Positions 26,891 through 39,600 of a stretch of DNA of 64,000 nucleotides are shown piece after piece. The notes under the pieces were generated by a model. The model saw nothing but the letters and a program-made list of their open reading frames with translations. It was not told the origin of the DNA and did not search any database. The stretch's first letter is position 1, and the number at the start of each line of letters is the position of its first letter. The stretch lies in NCBI RefSeq assembly GCF_018350175.1, contig NC_058368.1, forward strand, positions 119,538,001 through 119,602,000, written 5' to 3'. Made by a program: the position numbers and the translations under genes. Source of the stretch: Felis catus (lineage: Eukaryota).

Positions 26891-27562
26891 TCCAATTTAC
26901 AATATGATTCATTCCATCATCTCGGTGCTGTTTTTGTCTACAGGGCATGTCTCCCCATGACACTAAGTACATTAACCACACATGGGATGGATTAACCCAC
27001 CATTTGTTACTGATACTGAGAGCTACGGTATCACATTTTCATTCCATCAGTCAACTAAATTTTCTGATAGGAAATAAACAAATTGAAAATTAAAATACTG
27101 ATATTACTTAGCTAACGTGTCTTTTAAAACATGTTGGCTATCCCTCTACCTATCCTTCTGTCTATCCATCTATCTATGTAACTATTCAATGATGATGGAA
27201 ATGTTTTTTCCCTTTTACCAATAACTAAATAGTAACTGTTCTTAGCCAGTGAGTACATTGCCATGGTAGTTGCCCCAGCTCTCTCCCTTCCCAATTCTAT
27301 GCCAGTTAATTTCAAGAGTTTGAGAAAAGCCCATGTCATAGTCACATTCAGATATTTTCATTGCTGACGTCTAAGCCCTCAGTGTCTAGAGATATAGTTA
27401 AAATTTCCTTTCTAATTGGCAATACTGTCCACTACAGCTTTTCTTTATATGATTTGAAAATGCCTCATTTCTGCCATAAGAACTATTTAACATCTTCCTT
27501 TAAAGAGTGTTGCTGTGAAGGAACACCTGAAAGGATCTCCAAGGAATGGTCTGGGTTGTTAT

Positions 27563-27751
27563 AACCTAATCAGCAAACCATGGCCTCTGGGCAAATCCTG
27601 CCCATCCCTTTTTGCTGTGAATAAAGTTTTATTGGAACATAGCCACACCCATGTTTTATATATTACCTATGTCCCTAAGTGAGTGGTTGTACCAGAATAT
27701 ATTCCCCACAAAGATTAAAATATTTACTATCTGACCCTTTATAGACCCCTG
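27563..27751. mobile_element. hAT-Charlie MITE, MER58A-like
   Basis: aataaagttttattggaacatagccacaccc...aaaatatttactatctgaccctttatag...acccctg. Confidence 0.8.
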
Positions 27752-28956
27752 GCTTAGTGGATCTGTAGTCACTTCTAGAATTTCACATAAAATGTGCACA
27801 GAATGGGTACCTTCTTTGCCATCTCAAATATCCTCATTTAATACTAGCCTGCACTGAATGGCTAATGTATGAAGCCTGAACTATTAGGGAAATAAAGAAG
27901 CATAGGATCTACTCCTTGTCTTCAAGTTAATATCCAATGGTAGATCCCTTTGCTAAGGGGAAAAGAGATTTCTTATATTCTTTTCCTCCCCACATTATTT
28001 TCTGAGAACTGCATCCAGCTAGTCTTAGTAACCATAACTCATGATATTTATACAGCACTGTTCCAGCACACAGAGTGCATGAACATAATTTTATTGAATC
28101 CAGAGATCAGGATCTCTGTTTTCTTCCCTTAGAGTAGGAGGAAAATATAAAGTGAGTCAAAAGCTGGAAATGAGCAAAAGTTTCCCTAAGTATGAAACAA
28201 AGTAGAATAGTTATCTCACCATCCACAAACATGTAGATAAAGATATGGCACAAACAATGTTGATGCCCTAACAACTATTACTATGATCATGATTCATGGC
28301 CATATGAAAAATTCATACAAAATTCCTTTACCCAATAGTCAAATTCCTCAAATTTATGACTCACTCATCATCCCCTTCTATCATCTGAAAGTAAATCAAA
28401 TATTCAGGTCCTATCATGTTTGGGATACCTTGGGTTTTAATTTATCATTTCTCCCTTTAAAAGGCCTTCAGGGAGAAGGTAACATTTTGATGGATTATAC
28501 ACTTCAATCTTTCTCAAGCCATGTAGCCTCCTACTGCTTTGTGTTAGAGGTAGATTGTTTCCTTTCCACAAGTAAACCTTTAAGTCTCACCCATTAACGT
28601 TTTAGGTTACTTAATGGCCTTATATATATATGATGTAGCTTACAATGAAATCATCAAAAATTTATGGTGCTATCACATTAAACTAGAGGAAGAAAAACTT
28701 TATCAAAAGTGGTTGAAAAATACATCTCTATTAAGGTGAACAGCCAGCAATCTTTACAGAAAGTATTACAGATAAACAGACCTGATTTATTGTAACTATT
28801 TTCCAACCTTGCCACATTCTCATGTTATTGTGATTCATACTGGTAAGGAAGTGTAATTTCTGACATCTTAAAGTGTGACTTGATTTTTAAATCCAAATAA
28901 GAACATGCCTTTTTGCTTAAATGGAGATAAGTATTTGGTAAGAATGAACTTTCCTA

Positions 28957-29151
28957 GGGGTGCCTTGATGGCTCAGTCAGCTGAGCGACCAACTTTAGCT
29001 CAGGTCAAGATCTTGCAGTTCTTTGGTTAGAGCCCTGCATCGGGCTCTGTGCTGACAGCTTAGCTCTGTATCTCCCTCTCTCTCTGCCCCTCCTCCTCGT
29101 GTTCTCTCTCTCCCTCTCTCTCTCAAAATAAACATTAAAAAATATTTTTTA
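28957..29151 (+). mobile_element. CAN-SINE
   Basis: Canonical body; TSD gaatgaactttccta on both sides. Confidence 0.95.
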
Positions 29152-29219
29152 AAGGAATGAACTTTCCTAAAGATAATATACCTCTGTTTATCATCTAGAC
29201 TTAAAATTAAGAACGGGTT

Positions 29220-29411
29220 GGGCACCTGGGTGGCTCAGTCAGCTAAGTGTCCGACTTTGGCTCAGGTCATAATCTTGCCCCACGTTGGGCTCTGTGCTGA
29301 CATCTCAGAGCCTGGAGCCTGCTTCAGATTCTGTGTCTCTCCATCTCTCTGCCCCTCCCATGGCTCTCTCTCTGTTTCTCGATAATAAATAAACGTTAAA
29401 AAAATTTTTTT
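29220..29411 (+). mobile_element. CAN-SINE with an internal deletion around the B-box
   Basis: Head gggcacctgggtggctcag; TSD aaattaagaacgggtt/aaatcaagaacgagtt. Confidence 0.95.
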
Positions 29412-29467
29412 AAATCAAGAACGAGTTTATTTAATAGATTTTAGTATAGACTACAATTGTTATATAA

Positions 29468-29573
29468 TTAACATTAATATATCTTATATTCCAATATTTA
29501 TCTAGTTGGTTATTAGGATATTAACATTAATATATCTTATATTCCAATATTTATCTAGTTGGTTATTAGGATA
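29468..29573. repeat. Perfect 53-bp tandem duplication
   Basis: ttaacattaatatatcttatattccaatatttatctagttggttattaggata twice, no mismatch. Confidence 0.97.
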
Positions 29574-29625
29574 TCACTGTAGTTTACTTAACTTTTAAAT
29601 ATTAACAGGGCAGTATGCATATTTT

Positions 29626-30412
29626 TGCAGGCACAGTTGGATGTCTACATAATATGTACATAATATTTATTCCCTTCACTCAACCTCTTCCTGCCTATAG
29701 AATGCTGATTTTGTTTGAATATCCACGTTCTTTAGTCCACTTTGCTTCAAGGGAGAATGGACGCTAACTGGTCTACATTAATCATGAGATTTAGATCAGC
29801 ATGTGAGGCAGGCCAATGAACCAAGGGCAAAAGTCAGCTAGGGTCTTTATGGGAAATGGTTTTGGTTACTAGAAAACTTTGGAATAATGGGTGCATTACT
29901 GGACATTCAAACAAAATTTTTTTAACATGTATTTATTTTTGAGAGACAGAGAGACAGAGCAAAAATGGAGGAGGGGCAGAGAGGGGCAGGAGGGGCAGAG
30001 AGGGACACACAGAATCCGAAGCAGGCTCCAGGCTCTGAGCTGTCAGCACAGAGCCCAATGCAGGGCTGGAACCCACGAACCATGAAATCATGACCTGAGC
30101 TGAAGTCAGACACTTAACCGAATGAGTCACCCAGGCGTCCCTGGACTTTTTTAATGTATACATGAGAGACCTGAAACTGTGGCAGTCATATTGATACCAG
30201 AGGCAAGAAACTAGGTGAGGAAACAGTGGACAGTCTGAGGATGATGCAGAAGGGAGGGTTCTCAATGATGCCCTGAGCCACAGGATTAGTCAACTCAGCA
30301 GTTAAGCTACCTCGAAAATTATTGCTAGAAGAAATGATCTATCTTCTTTAGTATTCAAGTCAATTTAAGTTGAGGTTTTCTGTAACTGGTGGCTTAATGC
30401 AGACTGATTCAC
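29626..30412 (+). mobile_element. Old MaLR LTR (MLT1J-like) split by a SINE
   Basis: ctgattttgttt...gccaatga...aactgtggcagtcatattg...gttgaggttttctgtaact. Confidence 0.55.
29915..30141 (-). mobile_element. CAN-SINE (SINEC_Fc-like)
   Basis: Canonical reverse body with a duplicated aggggcag; TSD ctggac. Confidence 0.95.
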
Positions 30413-30937
30413 ACTTGCTAGTCAAGCTACTATTTAGCTATTTGGGGGGTTACCACCAAACAAAACAAAAACATCAGTTCAAAAGGAGAAAGGAGACACA
30501 CCTTTTAGTATTCCATCAATAATCATCTAGTGGGTACCTATTAATTTCCATTTTCTTTACATCTAAAATGGCTTTGTTCCAGGTACAGGCTCTTAAAGTT
30601 GCCCAGCTCTTAAGTGATCTAACTGCACAAGAGGAAGATATTCCTCCTCTGTGACACGTTCTCCTGCCTTTAAAGGACAATTGAAGCAAGGATAGCAAGC
30701 CTTTTCAAAAATGCTCCAACTTGATAAAGAAAGAAACTAGGATCTTGACAGTTATTCACAGATAATAAAGGAGAGGTCAGAGAGATTTACTATTGTGTTA
30801 AATCTCTTAGAAAACAGTAATAAAATGACAAAGTCCATACTGTGAGGGTAAATTTAATCATTAGGCACCTGAAAATGTGAAAGTTTTTTACTTTAAATGG
30901 TACATATTTTTCCTAAACTTTAAAAAGAAGCATACTT

Positions 30938-31170
30938 GGGGTGCCTGGGTGGCTCAGTCGGTTAAGCGTTCGACTTCCGCTCAGGTCATTATCTCATGGT
31001 TCATGAGTTCGAGCCCCGCATCTGACAGCTCAGAGCTTGGAGCCTCCTTTGGATTCTGTGACTCCGTCTCTCTCTCTCTCTGCCCCTCCCCTGCTCATGC
31101 TCTGTCTCTCTCTGTCTCTCAAAAAATAAATAAACGTTAAAAAAATTTTTAAAACAAAAATAAATAAATA
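30938..31170 (+). mobile_element. CAN-SINE (SINEC_Fc-like)
   Basis: TSD aaaagaagcatactt/aaaggaagtatactt. Confidence 0.96.
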
Positions 31171-31289
31171 AAAGGAAGTATACTTGTGTGTATACACACA
31201 ACCTCCAAATTACATAAAAAATGTGTATGCTTAGTGTGTATTATGTACTTATGTATGCGTATATTCTCTCTCAAACACACATACATAAG

Positions 31290-31880
31290 CATAAATGTTC
31301 AACTAAAGAAAGGTCTGGAAGAATACACAAACTATGAATTCCTCTCTAGATATTAAAGCAGTAGAGGTAGACTAAGGAAGAGAGAGATAGCAGAGAGCCA
31401 AAGATGATGATATTTAGTGGTTAGACTTTATATGGAAAGCACAGATTTCTTTTGTATATATAAAAGGCTTTTAAGTACAAGAGCCTTAAAAATGTTCATA
31501 GTTTTTGACTTAAATTCTCCTAAAACTCATCCTATAAAAATAATCCTGAATGTAGAAAAGATTTATATATAAAGATATTTTCTGCATAACTATTTGTAAT
31601 AGAAAAATATGTAAAACATCTTTATAACCATAGTAGATTCTTATCACAAAATATTTAGCTATTAAAATGGTAGTTATGAAGAATTATTTGACATGCAGAA
31701 ATACTGAGACTAAATAAGGAAAAATTATTCAGGATGCAATTGTATATGTATAGCATTGTCTTTACCATATAAGAAATCTAGTAGTTTTGAAAACAAACGC
31801 CAAAATAGTACTATTCATCTCTAGGCTCACATGGCTCTGGATGGTTTTTTTCTTCTTATTTATAATTTTCCACAATGACT
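31290..31880 (+). mobile_element. Old L1 (L1MC/ME-like) 3' fragments
   Basis: aaaggtctggaagaatacacaaact; tataaagatattttctgcataactatttgtaatag. Confidence 0.55.
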
Positions 31881-31885
31881 TTTCT

Positions 31886-32115
31886 TTCTTTTTTTTTTTT
31901 AATTTTTTTTTTCAACGTTTATTTATTTTTGGGACAGAGAGAGACAGAGCATGAACGGGGGAGGGGCAGAGAGAGAGGGAGACACAGAATCGGAAACAGG
32001 ATCCAGGCTCTGAGCCATCAGCCCAGAGCCTGACGCGGGGCTCGAACTCACGGACCGCGAGATCGTGACCTGGCTGAAGTCAGACGCTTAACCGACTGTG
32101 CCACCCAGGCGCCTC
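31886..32115 (-). mobile_element. Young SINEC_Fc SINE
   Basis: CpG-rich, near-identical to 11425-11649; perfect 15-bp TSD cacaatgacttttct. Confidence 0.97.
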
Positions 32116-32157
32116 AACACAATGACTTTTCTATAATGAGTCTAACTCTACCATTTT

Positions 32158-32390
32158 ATTTTTATTTTTACTTTTTAAAATTTTTTGTTAGTGTTTATTT
32201 TTGAGAGAGAGCAAGCGAGAACGCACCAGCAGGGAAGGGGCAGAGAGAAAGGGAGACACAGAATCCAAAGAAGGCTCCAGGATCTGAGCTGTCAGCACAG
32301 AGCCAGATGCGGGGCTCGAACTCATGAACCATGAGATAATGACCTGAACCAAAGTCAGACACCCAACCGACTGAGCCACCCAGATGTCCC
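32158..32390 (-). mobile_element. CAN-SINE
   Basis: TSD taactctaccatttta/taattctaccatttta. Confidence 0.95.
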
Positions 32391-32409
32391 TAATTCTACC
32401 ATTTTAAAA

Positions 32410-34043
32410 GTTATTGTAAAATCCTTAGAAATATTAAGTTAGAACATATATTTGAATTAAATACTACTAAGCTTGAACTAATTAAAAAACATATATTAAT
32501 GTTTGGATATTCAATATGAATGTATAATGCTTTATAATACAGATGAAACACATTTCAAAAATTGATTGTCTATTAAACCACAATGACAATCTCAAAAATT
32601 TTTACATGCTGAAATTATCTTCCCTGGCTGTAACACAATAAAATTAGAAATTAATAACAAAAGAATGACAAAAATAAAAAATACACTTGAAAATTAAAAT
32701 CAACCCTCAAAATAAGTCCTAAAGAGGGAATATAAATTAAAATTATAAGCTCTTTACTTTACCGATTTAAATGATTTTTTAAAAGAACACTAAATGTCAA
32801 GATCTGTGGGCTATGGTCCAACCGGTATTCTGTGGAAAATTTATAGCTTTTCATGCATTTACTGGGAGATTAGGAAGAATGAAAATAAATCTAACTAGAA
32901 TTTAGTAGAAGGAAGTAGCAAAAGAACATAACCAACTCAAAGCAAGATATGTCTAGTTACAAAGGTGAAAATAAGTGATTTTTTTTAAAACCTGAAATTT
33001 ACACAGTTAGAAGAATTGTTCAACAAAATAAAAACTTACTTGACAGCAACATTTTGGCAAATCTCAGCAAGGAAAAATGAAAGAAGACACAAATAAACTG
33101 CACTGGAAATGAAATGGGGGACATACTCTCAGTAAAAATTACAGCATAGTATGTGTAACTCTTTAAAAACACACTTAAAAACTGGGATGAAATGAGTATT
33201 TTCTAGGAAAAGAAAATGATTCAAACTGGCCACAACAGACTAATAATGAGAGAAGAAACTAAAGATGTATTCTGATAACTTCTTTTTGAAATAAAATCAC
33301 CAGGGGGGCCTGGGTGGCTCAGTTGGTTGGGCATCCGACTTCAGCTCAGGTCATGCATGATCTCAGGTCCCTGGGTTCAAGCCCCGTGTCGGGCTCTGTG
33401 CTGAAAGCTCAGAGGCTGGAGCCTGCTTAGGATTCTGTGTCTCCCTCTCTCTCTGCCCCTCCCCCACTCAAGCTCTGTCTCTCTCCCTCAAAAAAAAAAT
33501 AAATAAATAAAAATTTTTAAATTAAATCACCAGACACAAATAGTTATAACACAAAGAGCTTAGAAAAATATGGAAAAATTGCTAGTCATTTTATAGAATT
33601 AGCACAGTCACAAAACCAAAATCTACCTATGATACCATATATACAAAAACACTCTGTGCCAATTTCACTCATGATTATAGATTTTTTAAAGATAAATAAG
33701 ATATTAGCGATTCAAATGGAGAAGTACATAAGAAAAATGGTGTATCATCACGTAGAGTTTATGACAAGCTGAACCATCCCAAGTAAATATGATTCAATCT
33801 TGAAGATGTAAATATCCTTTACATGCTGTACCATAGCTACCAAAAACCTACAAGCATAAATACCATATTTAGTAGTCAGGTGGTAGATTTCTTTAAAGCA
33901 AATGAAATATGAGGATGCTTAATGTCATCACTGCCATTTTACACTGGACTGGAGGTAGTCGCCAAAGTAATAAGACATTTATTTATAAAAGAAGAGGCAA
34001 TCTTATAATTATTTCTAGATATTTAGATCATTTACCTGGAAAT
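32410..34043 (+). mobile_element. Ancient L1 ORF2 remnant, part 1 (EN/linker to RT)
   Basis: Degraded L1 motifs: aaattagaaattaataacaaaag, ggaaaatttatagc, actgccattttacactggactggaggtag, atttacctggaaa. Confidence 0.75.
33303..33522 (+). mobile_element. CAN-SINE inserted in the old L1
   Basis: Canonical body; TSD aaatcaccag. Confidence 0.96.
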
Positions 34044-34059
34044 GATTAATTAATAGAAA

Positions 34060-35790
34060 TCCTCTTTATAGATTCAGACAGGAACTTCTCCATGTCACCA
34101 CAACAAAATCTGTAAACTTCTTTAAAGACGTACCCCTATTTTCCAATTTCTCTCCTGTTCCAGTAGGTGAGTCTCTGCTCCCATCAAAGATAAGTCCCTC
34201 CACTTAAGTTCAAGGTTTCACTGCTCTTTTTTCAAGAATTTTGCTTATTTGCATTTTTTCCTCACTCTTTCCTGGATCCTTGGTTACTTCCTTCCTACTG
34301 GATTATTTACTTCATCAGACAAAGAAGCTGATATCTAAAATCTTTGAATGACAGCAAATCATCCCCTAATTCACATGACTTTTTTAATACCATTTCATTT
34401 CTTTACTCCTTTTGCAAGAAAACTTCTGTAAGGAGTGAAATGTCTATTCTAACTGTCTCCATTCCCCATCTTCCATAATTAATAAGCCACTCCAACCAGG
34501 CTTTTCCCCCAATATTCCACCAAAACTTTTTGTAAAGATTTTCAACTATGCTTCCTCTTGGCTAATCTCTTAATGGCTCTCGATGGAGTTCTTGAGGAAG
34601 GTCTCTCCTTAAAACTCCATCTTCTCTTGGCCTCTGTGACATCTCTCTGCTGCTATTCCTCCTATCTTACCTTCCCAGCCTCCTTTGCTATCTCCTCCTG
34701 CAGTAACGAACATCTAAATGCCACAAGGACCAAGAGTCTGGTAGTGGGTTCTTTTCCTCTCTAATTATCTTCTGTCCTTATATTATTTCATCTGGTTCTA
34801 TGGCTTTAAATTCTATCTATGCACTTTTGAATTCCAAGTTGATATCCTCAGGACTGACTGTTCCCCTGAGCTACAGACTCATCTATGTAACTACCTATTT
34901 GACATATTCACTTGGATGTCAAGTGTGTATTTCAAAATAAACATTTCTCACACAAAAATCTTCATCTTCCCTCTCCTTTGTACAAACCATGATTCCTCAG
35001 TGTTTGTTATCTCAGTAAATGGCACCACAATCCACCCAGGTATTCAAGCCAAAGCCTAGTTGTCCTATCCATTGAATGCATCAGGAGTTTGATTTATTTC
35101 TACATCACAGTGTATCTTGACTGTGTCCATTCTCTCTTTCCACTGTTGCCAAACTAGTCAAGTTACCATCACCTCTCAACTCATACAATACAATACAACG
35201 TCCTTGTACTACTTCTGCTCTTGCTCCCTGGAAGCCTTTCCTCCACATGGTGTAAGCAGTTGCTTTACAATGTAAATCAGGTTGTTTCGCCATCCTGACC
35301 TTTTAATGGTTCTCAATTTTACTAATTCCTAACTTAAACTTAGAATAATATTTGAACTCCTTGCTCTGGTCTAACTAAAATCTTCCTATTATTTTGGCTA
35401 CTATTTACCTCTCTGAACTCCCACTTCATCCACTGTACTGTAGCCATGTAAATTCATTTTATGTCCTTAGACTACTAAGCTCCTTCCAGCTTTAAGGCAT
35501 TTATGTTCACTGTTTACTTTCCCTGGAAAACTCCAAAAACTGAGTCTCTGGTCTTAAGCACCAACTCAGGGACGGCTTCTTTCGTGATACTTCTTAGAGT
35601 ATCATTCGCCTGGGATATCATTCACCTTTATTTACAGCATAACAATAAAATCACTGTGCTTATGTATTTGTTTCCTTCTTTGTGACTCATCTTCCTCCAC
35701 TAACACGCAAAATCTCTGGGCAGAGACCTGGCCGTATCTCCAACATGTGACACATAACAGGTACTCAATAATTATTTTTCTAATAAAACA
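34060..35790 (+). mobile_element. L2 LINE 3' portion (about 1.7 kb)
   Basis: L2 RT-like atggctttaaattctatctatgc...tttgacatattcacttggatgtc; gtaaatggcaccacaatccacccag; 3' end gacacataacaggtactcaataa. Confidence 0.85.
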
Positions 35791-35796
35791 CATGAT

Positions 35797-37165
35797 GTTA
35801 ACTAGCTAAGTATTAGAATTAATAAATGAGTTCAAAAAGATGACCAGATACTATAGCAATAGTTAAATTTTAGTGGTGTTCTTTTTAATAACAACTAGAA
35901 AATATAATAGATTTTTTACAAACTCATTCATAATGGCAGAAGAATCTTATTAAACTACTATCAGTAAACCTAACAAGAAATACACAAGAACCTATGTGAA
36001 GAAAACTATAAAACCTAATTGAAACATAAAAAAAGAAAATTTAAGTAAACCAACATAGCATTTTTCTGGATTGGATTTAAGAAACCAATTTTCTTAAAAT
36101 AAAATTATAAATTCAACTCAGTCTCAATAATCTTAAAGGTTAAAAAAAATCTTAAAGAGCTAATTCTAAAATTCATCTGAAGAAGAAAATAAATTAGAAT
36201 ACATAAGAAAACTTACTTTAAAAACATTAGAGAAGATTTAAACTTTTCTGACATTTTTAAAAATCAGAAATAACTTAAAAGTACTAAAATAGTGTAGAAA
36301 TGGCATTAGACAAAATCAATGGTTCAGACTAGAAATCCATGTATATAAAAGAATTGGGATTAAAATAAATGTAATATTTCAAATCAAGGAAAAGGAAATT
36401 CTATTTTAAAATGGTGTTAAGAAAATTATTAACTTTTAAATAAAATAAAATAAAATCCATGTCAAGAATTATATACAAATACAAATTCCTTATGGACTCA
36501 AGAGCTAAAATACAAAATTAGGGAAATATTAGAAAAATTTATGATAATTTCTTTAAATTTAGGGGTTAGAAAGATATAAAACCCCAGTAGGTATTAAATG
36601 GGCTAACAATTTAAATTCTCTTAATGAAAAATAAATCATAAATGAAGCTTAAAAAGAAGTAAGAGACCTGAGGAAATTATTTGTAACAAATATAATACAC
36701 AAAACATTGATATCCAAATGAAAAATACCTATAAATCAGTAAAAGGCAACAATATAAGAGAAAAAAAAATGGACAGAGATTGTGAACAGACAATTCAGAA
36801 GAAATACAACTGATCAATAAAAATATGAATAGATGCTGAATCTAATAAGAAATTATGGAAGTGTCTTTAATTTAAAACACTGATATTGTGGGGCACCTTG
36901 GAAGCTTAGTCGGTAGTGCATCCAGCTTTGACTCAAGTCTTCATCTCACAGTTCATGAGCTTGAGCCAAGCGCTGGGCTCTGTGCTGACAGCTTGAAGCC
37001 TGGAGACTGTTTTAGATTTTCTCTCTCTCTCTCTCTCCCTCTCTCTCTCTTCTCCACCCCAGCTCATGCTCTTTCTCTCTCTCTCTCTCCCAAAAATAAA
37101 TAAATAAACTTAAACAACATAAAAATAAAACACTGATATTCTTATACCCATTGTCAGTCTGGTAA
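35797..37165 (+). mobile_element. Ancient L1 ORF2 remnant, part 2
   Basis: ttagaattaataaatgagttc (LELINEF), gaagaaaactataaaac, ctaattctaaaattcatctgaag, aaatggacagag..tgaacagacaattc. Confidence 0.8.
36890..37125 (+). mobile_element. CAN-SINE
   Basis: Perfect TSD taaaacactgatatt. Confidence 0.95.
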
Positions 37166-37206
37166 GAAACCAAAAAAAAAAAAAAAAAAAAAGGGCGGGG
37201 GGGGGG

Positions 37207-37585
37207 ACTCATACAAATCAATTGCACAAAAAAAAAAAAAAAAAAAGGAAAGGAAAGGAAAAAAGAACCTGATTAAAAACTGGATATGGGAAGTGAACAG
37301 ACATTTTTCCAAAGAAGACTTACAAGTGGCCAACAGGTACATGAAAAGGCACCCAACACCACTAACCATCAGGCAAATGCAAATCCAAACCACAGTGAAA
37401 TACCACCTCATGCCTGTTAGAATGGCTATCATCAAAAACACGAGAAATAACAAGTGTTGGCTAGGATGCAGACAAAAGGGAACTCTTGTGCACTATTATG
37501 GGAATCTAAATGGGTACAGCCATTGTGGAAAAGAGTATAGAGGTTCCTCAAAAAATTAAAAATAGAACTCTCATATGGCCTAGTG
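37207..37585 (+). mobile_element. L1 ORF2 C-terminal fragment
   Basis: [20 protein letters not shown]...YHLMPVRMAIIK matches the L1 ORF2p C-terminal region. Confidence 0.92.
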
Positions 37586-37594
37586 ACCACCCCT

Positions 37595-37680
37595 TGGTAG
37601 TCCTATTTTTAATTTTTTGAGAAACTTCTGTACTGTTTTCCACAACAGCTGCACCCTTTTACATTCCCACCAACAGAGGA
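37595..37680 (-). mobile_element. Inverted L1 fragment overlapping the same consensus segment
   Basis: tcctatttttaattttttgagaaacttctgtactgttttccac...cattcccaccaacag. Confidence 0.88.
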
Positions 37681-37959
37681 GTTACAGCTCTTCTCAGTCC
37701 TACCTGAATGATGTGAATCAGGATGTACAACTTCTGTTTATTCATATGTAGAGTTAGAAGACTAATCTGTCCCTTAAATTTACTATGAGAATAAAATTGA
37801 AAAACTAAATTAAATAATTAAATAAAATAACTAAATTAAATTAAATTACAAATTGCAAGCTCACTACCCGGCACACAGCAAGTCCCTAATAAAAGGATAA
37901 TTACTGATGGTGGTGGTCATGGTGATGATGATAGTGAAGATACTGGTAACAATGATAGC

Positions 37960-38190
37960 AATAGGTCACATTTGTTTGGCTAAGGACTCTGCTAAATCCT
38001 TTAACGCAACATGTCATTTTATCTTTGTAATCCCCTGAGGAGGCATGTGCATATACTGTAACAGCCTGAATTTATAGATGAGGAGACTGAGGTGTGATGA
38101 GATTAACTACCAGAGATATCATTGAACAAGTCAAGGACTGGAGGTGGAGCTGTAATTTGGCTGAATCCCACATGACTCTGAAATCCCTTA
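37960..38190 (-). mobile_element. MIR SINE
   Basis: tttatagatgaggagactgaggtg...tgactctgaaatcc. Confidence 0.7.
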
Positions 38191-38517
38191 TTTGCTTCTT
38201 CCTTTGAGTCAAGAGGCAGGAAGAGTGCCTGTCCTGATAACTTGGGGACAAAATTAACCAGACACATTTTAAATTTTGTTTCTTGAAGTATGCTTGCTGG
38301 ACTGCTTGCTTCAGATTTACCTTCAGAACTACAACCTGAGAGTGGAGCCCTGAATTATTGCTTTTTTTTTTTTTTTAAACATATTCCCCAGTGGACTTGA
38401 ATGCACTGACTTTTAAGAACCATGGGTTAATCAAATTATATGGCAGGAACGTGGAATATGCCTTGGCTGAACCTCACCTTTTTTTCTTTCTATCAGAATT
38501 TCTAACAGTCCATTTTC

Positions 38518-39600
38518 TTTTTAACCCTTCATTTATTTCTACTCTAATCTTTATAATTTCCTTCCTTCCACTCTGGGCTTTGTTTGTTCCTCTTGTTCTA
38601 AACTCCTTTAGGTATAAGGTTATGTTGTTTGAGATTTTTCTTGCTTCTTGAGGTTGGCCTGTATTGCTATTAACTTTCCTCTTGGAACAGCTTTTGCTGT
38701 ATCCCAAAGATTTTGAACTGTTATGTTTTCATTTTCATTTGTCTCCATGTATTTTTTGACTGCTCTTTGATTTCTTGCTTGATCCATTGATTGTATAGTA
38801 GCATGTTATTTAACCTCCATGTATTTGTTTTCTTTCCAGATTTTTTTTTCTTGTGATTGCTTTCTAGTCTCACACCATTGTGGTAAAAAAAAAAAAAAAA
38901 GTATGCTATAATTTCAATATTTTTTTAAAATTTATTGAAACTGATTTTGTGGAATAACATGTGATCTATCCTGGAGAATGTTTCATGTGCACTTGAAAAT
39001 AATGTATATTCTGTTGTTTTTAGATGGAATATTCTATACATATTTTTTAGGTCCATCCAATCTAATGTGTCATTCAAAGCAACTCTTTCCTTGTTAATTT
39101 TCTGTCTCAGTGATCTATCACTGATATAAGTAGAGTGTTAAAGTCCTCTATTATTATTCCATTACTGTCAATTTCTTCTTTTATGTTTGTCAATGATTGC
39201 CTTATGTATTTAGGTGCTGTCATGTTGGGTGCATAGCTATTTACAATTGGTATATCCTCTTATTGGGTTGTTCCCTTTATCAATGCATACTGTCGTTCCT
39301 TGTCTTGTTACAGTCTTTGTTTTAAAGTCCATTTTGTCCAATATAAGTATTGCTACCCAAGCTTTCTTTTCCCTTCCATTTGTATGGTAAATGTTTTTTC
39401 ATCCCTTCACTTTCAATACGCATGTGATTTTAGGTCTGAAGTGAGTCTCCTATAGACAGCACATAGATGGGTCTTGTGTTTTTAATTCATTCAGTTACCT
39501 TATGTCTTTACCAGAGTATTTAGTCCATTTACATTTAAGGTAATTATTTATAGGTATGTACTTATTGCCATTTTTTCCTTGTTTTATTGTTGTTTCTGTG
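38518..39600 (-). mobile_element. Internal L1 fragment (ORF2 start and endonuclease region) with TSD
   Basis: Minus strand atggcaataagtacatac (ORF2 start) through IIKIRVEINE; 16-bp direct repeat ctaac(a/t)gtccattttc. Confidence 0.92.

Noticed and set aside
27124..27345. Minus-strand ORF with a donor-like G|gtaaaag after SYYLVI
   Set aside because: No in-frame acceptor giving a clean exon and no recognisable homology.
29468..29573. CRISPR-like or other prokaryotic repeat array
   Set aside because: Only two abutting units, no spacers, and a mammalian context.
37173..37265. A-run / G-run / A-run junction as a retrocopy tail
   Set aside because: It is best explained as homopolymer expansion at the boundary of two L1 fragments; no TSD or mRNA-like body was found.
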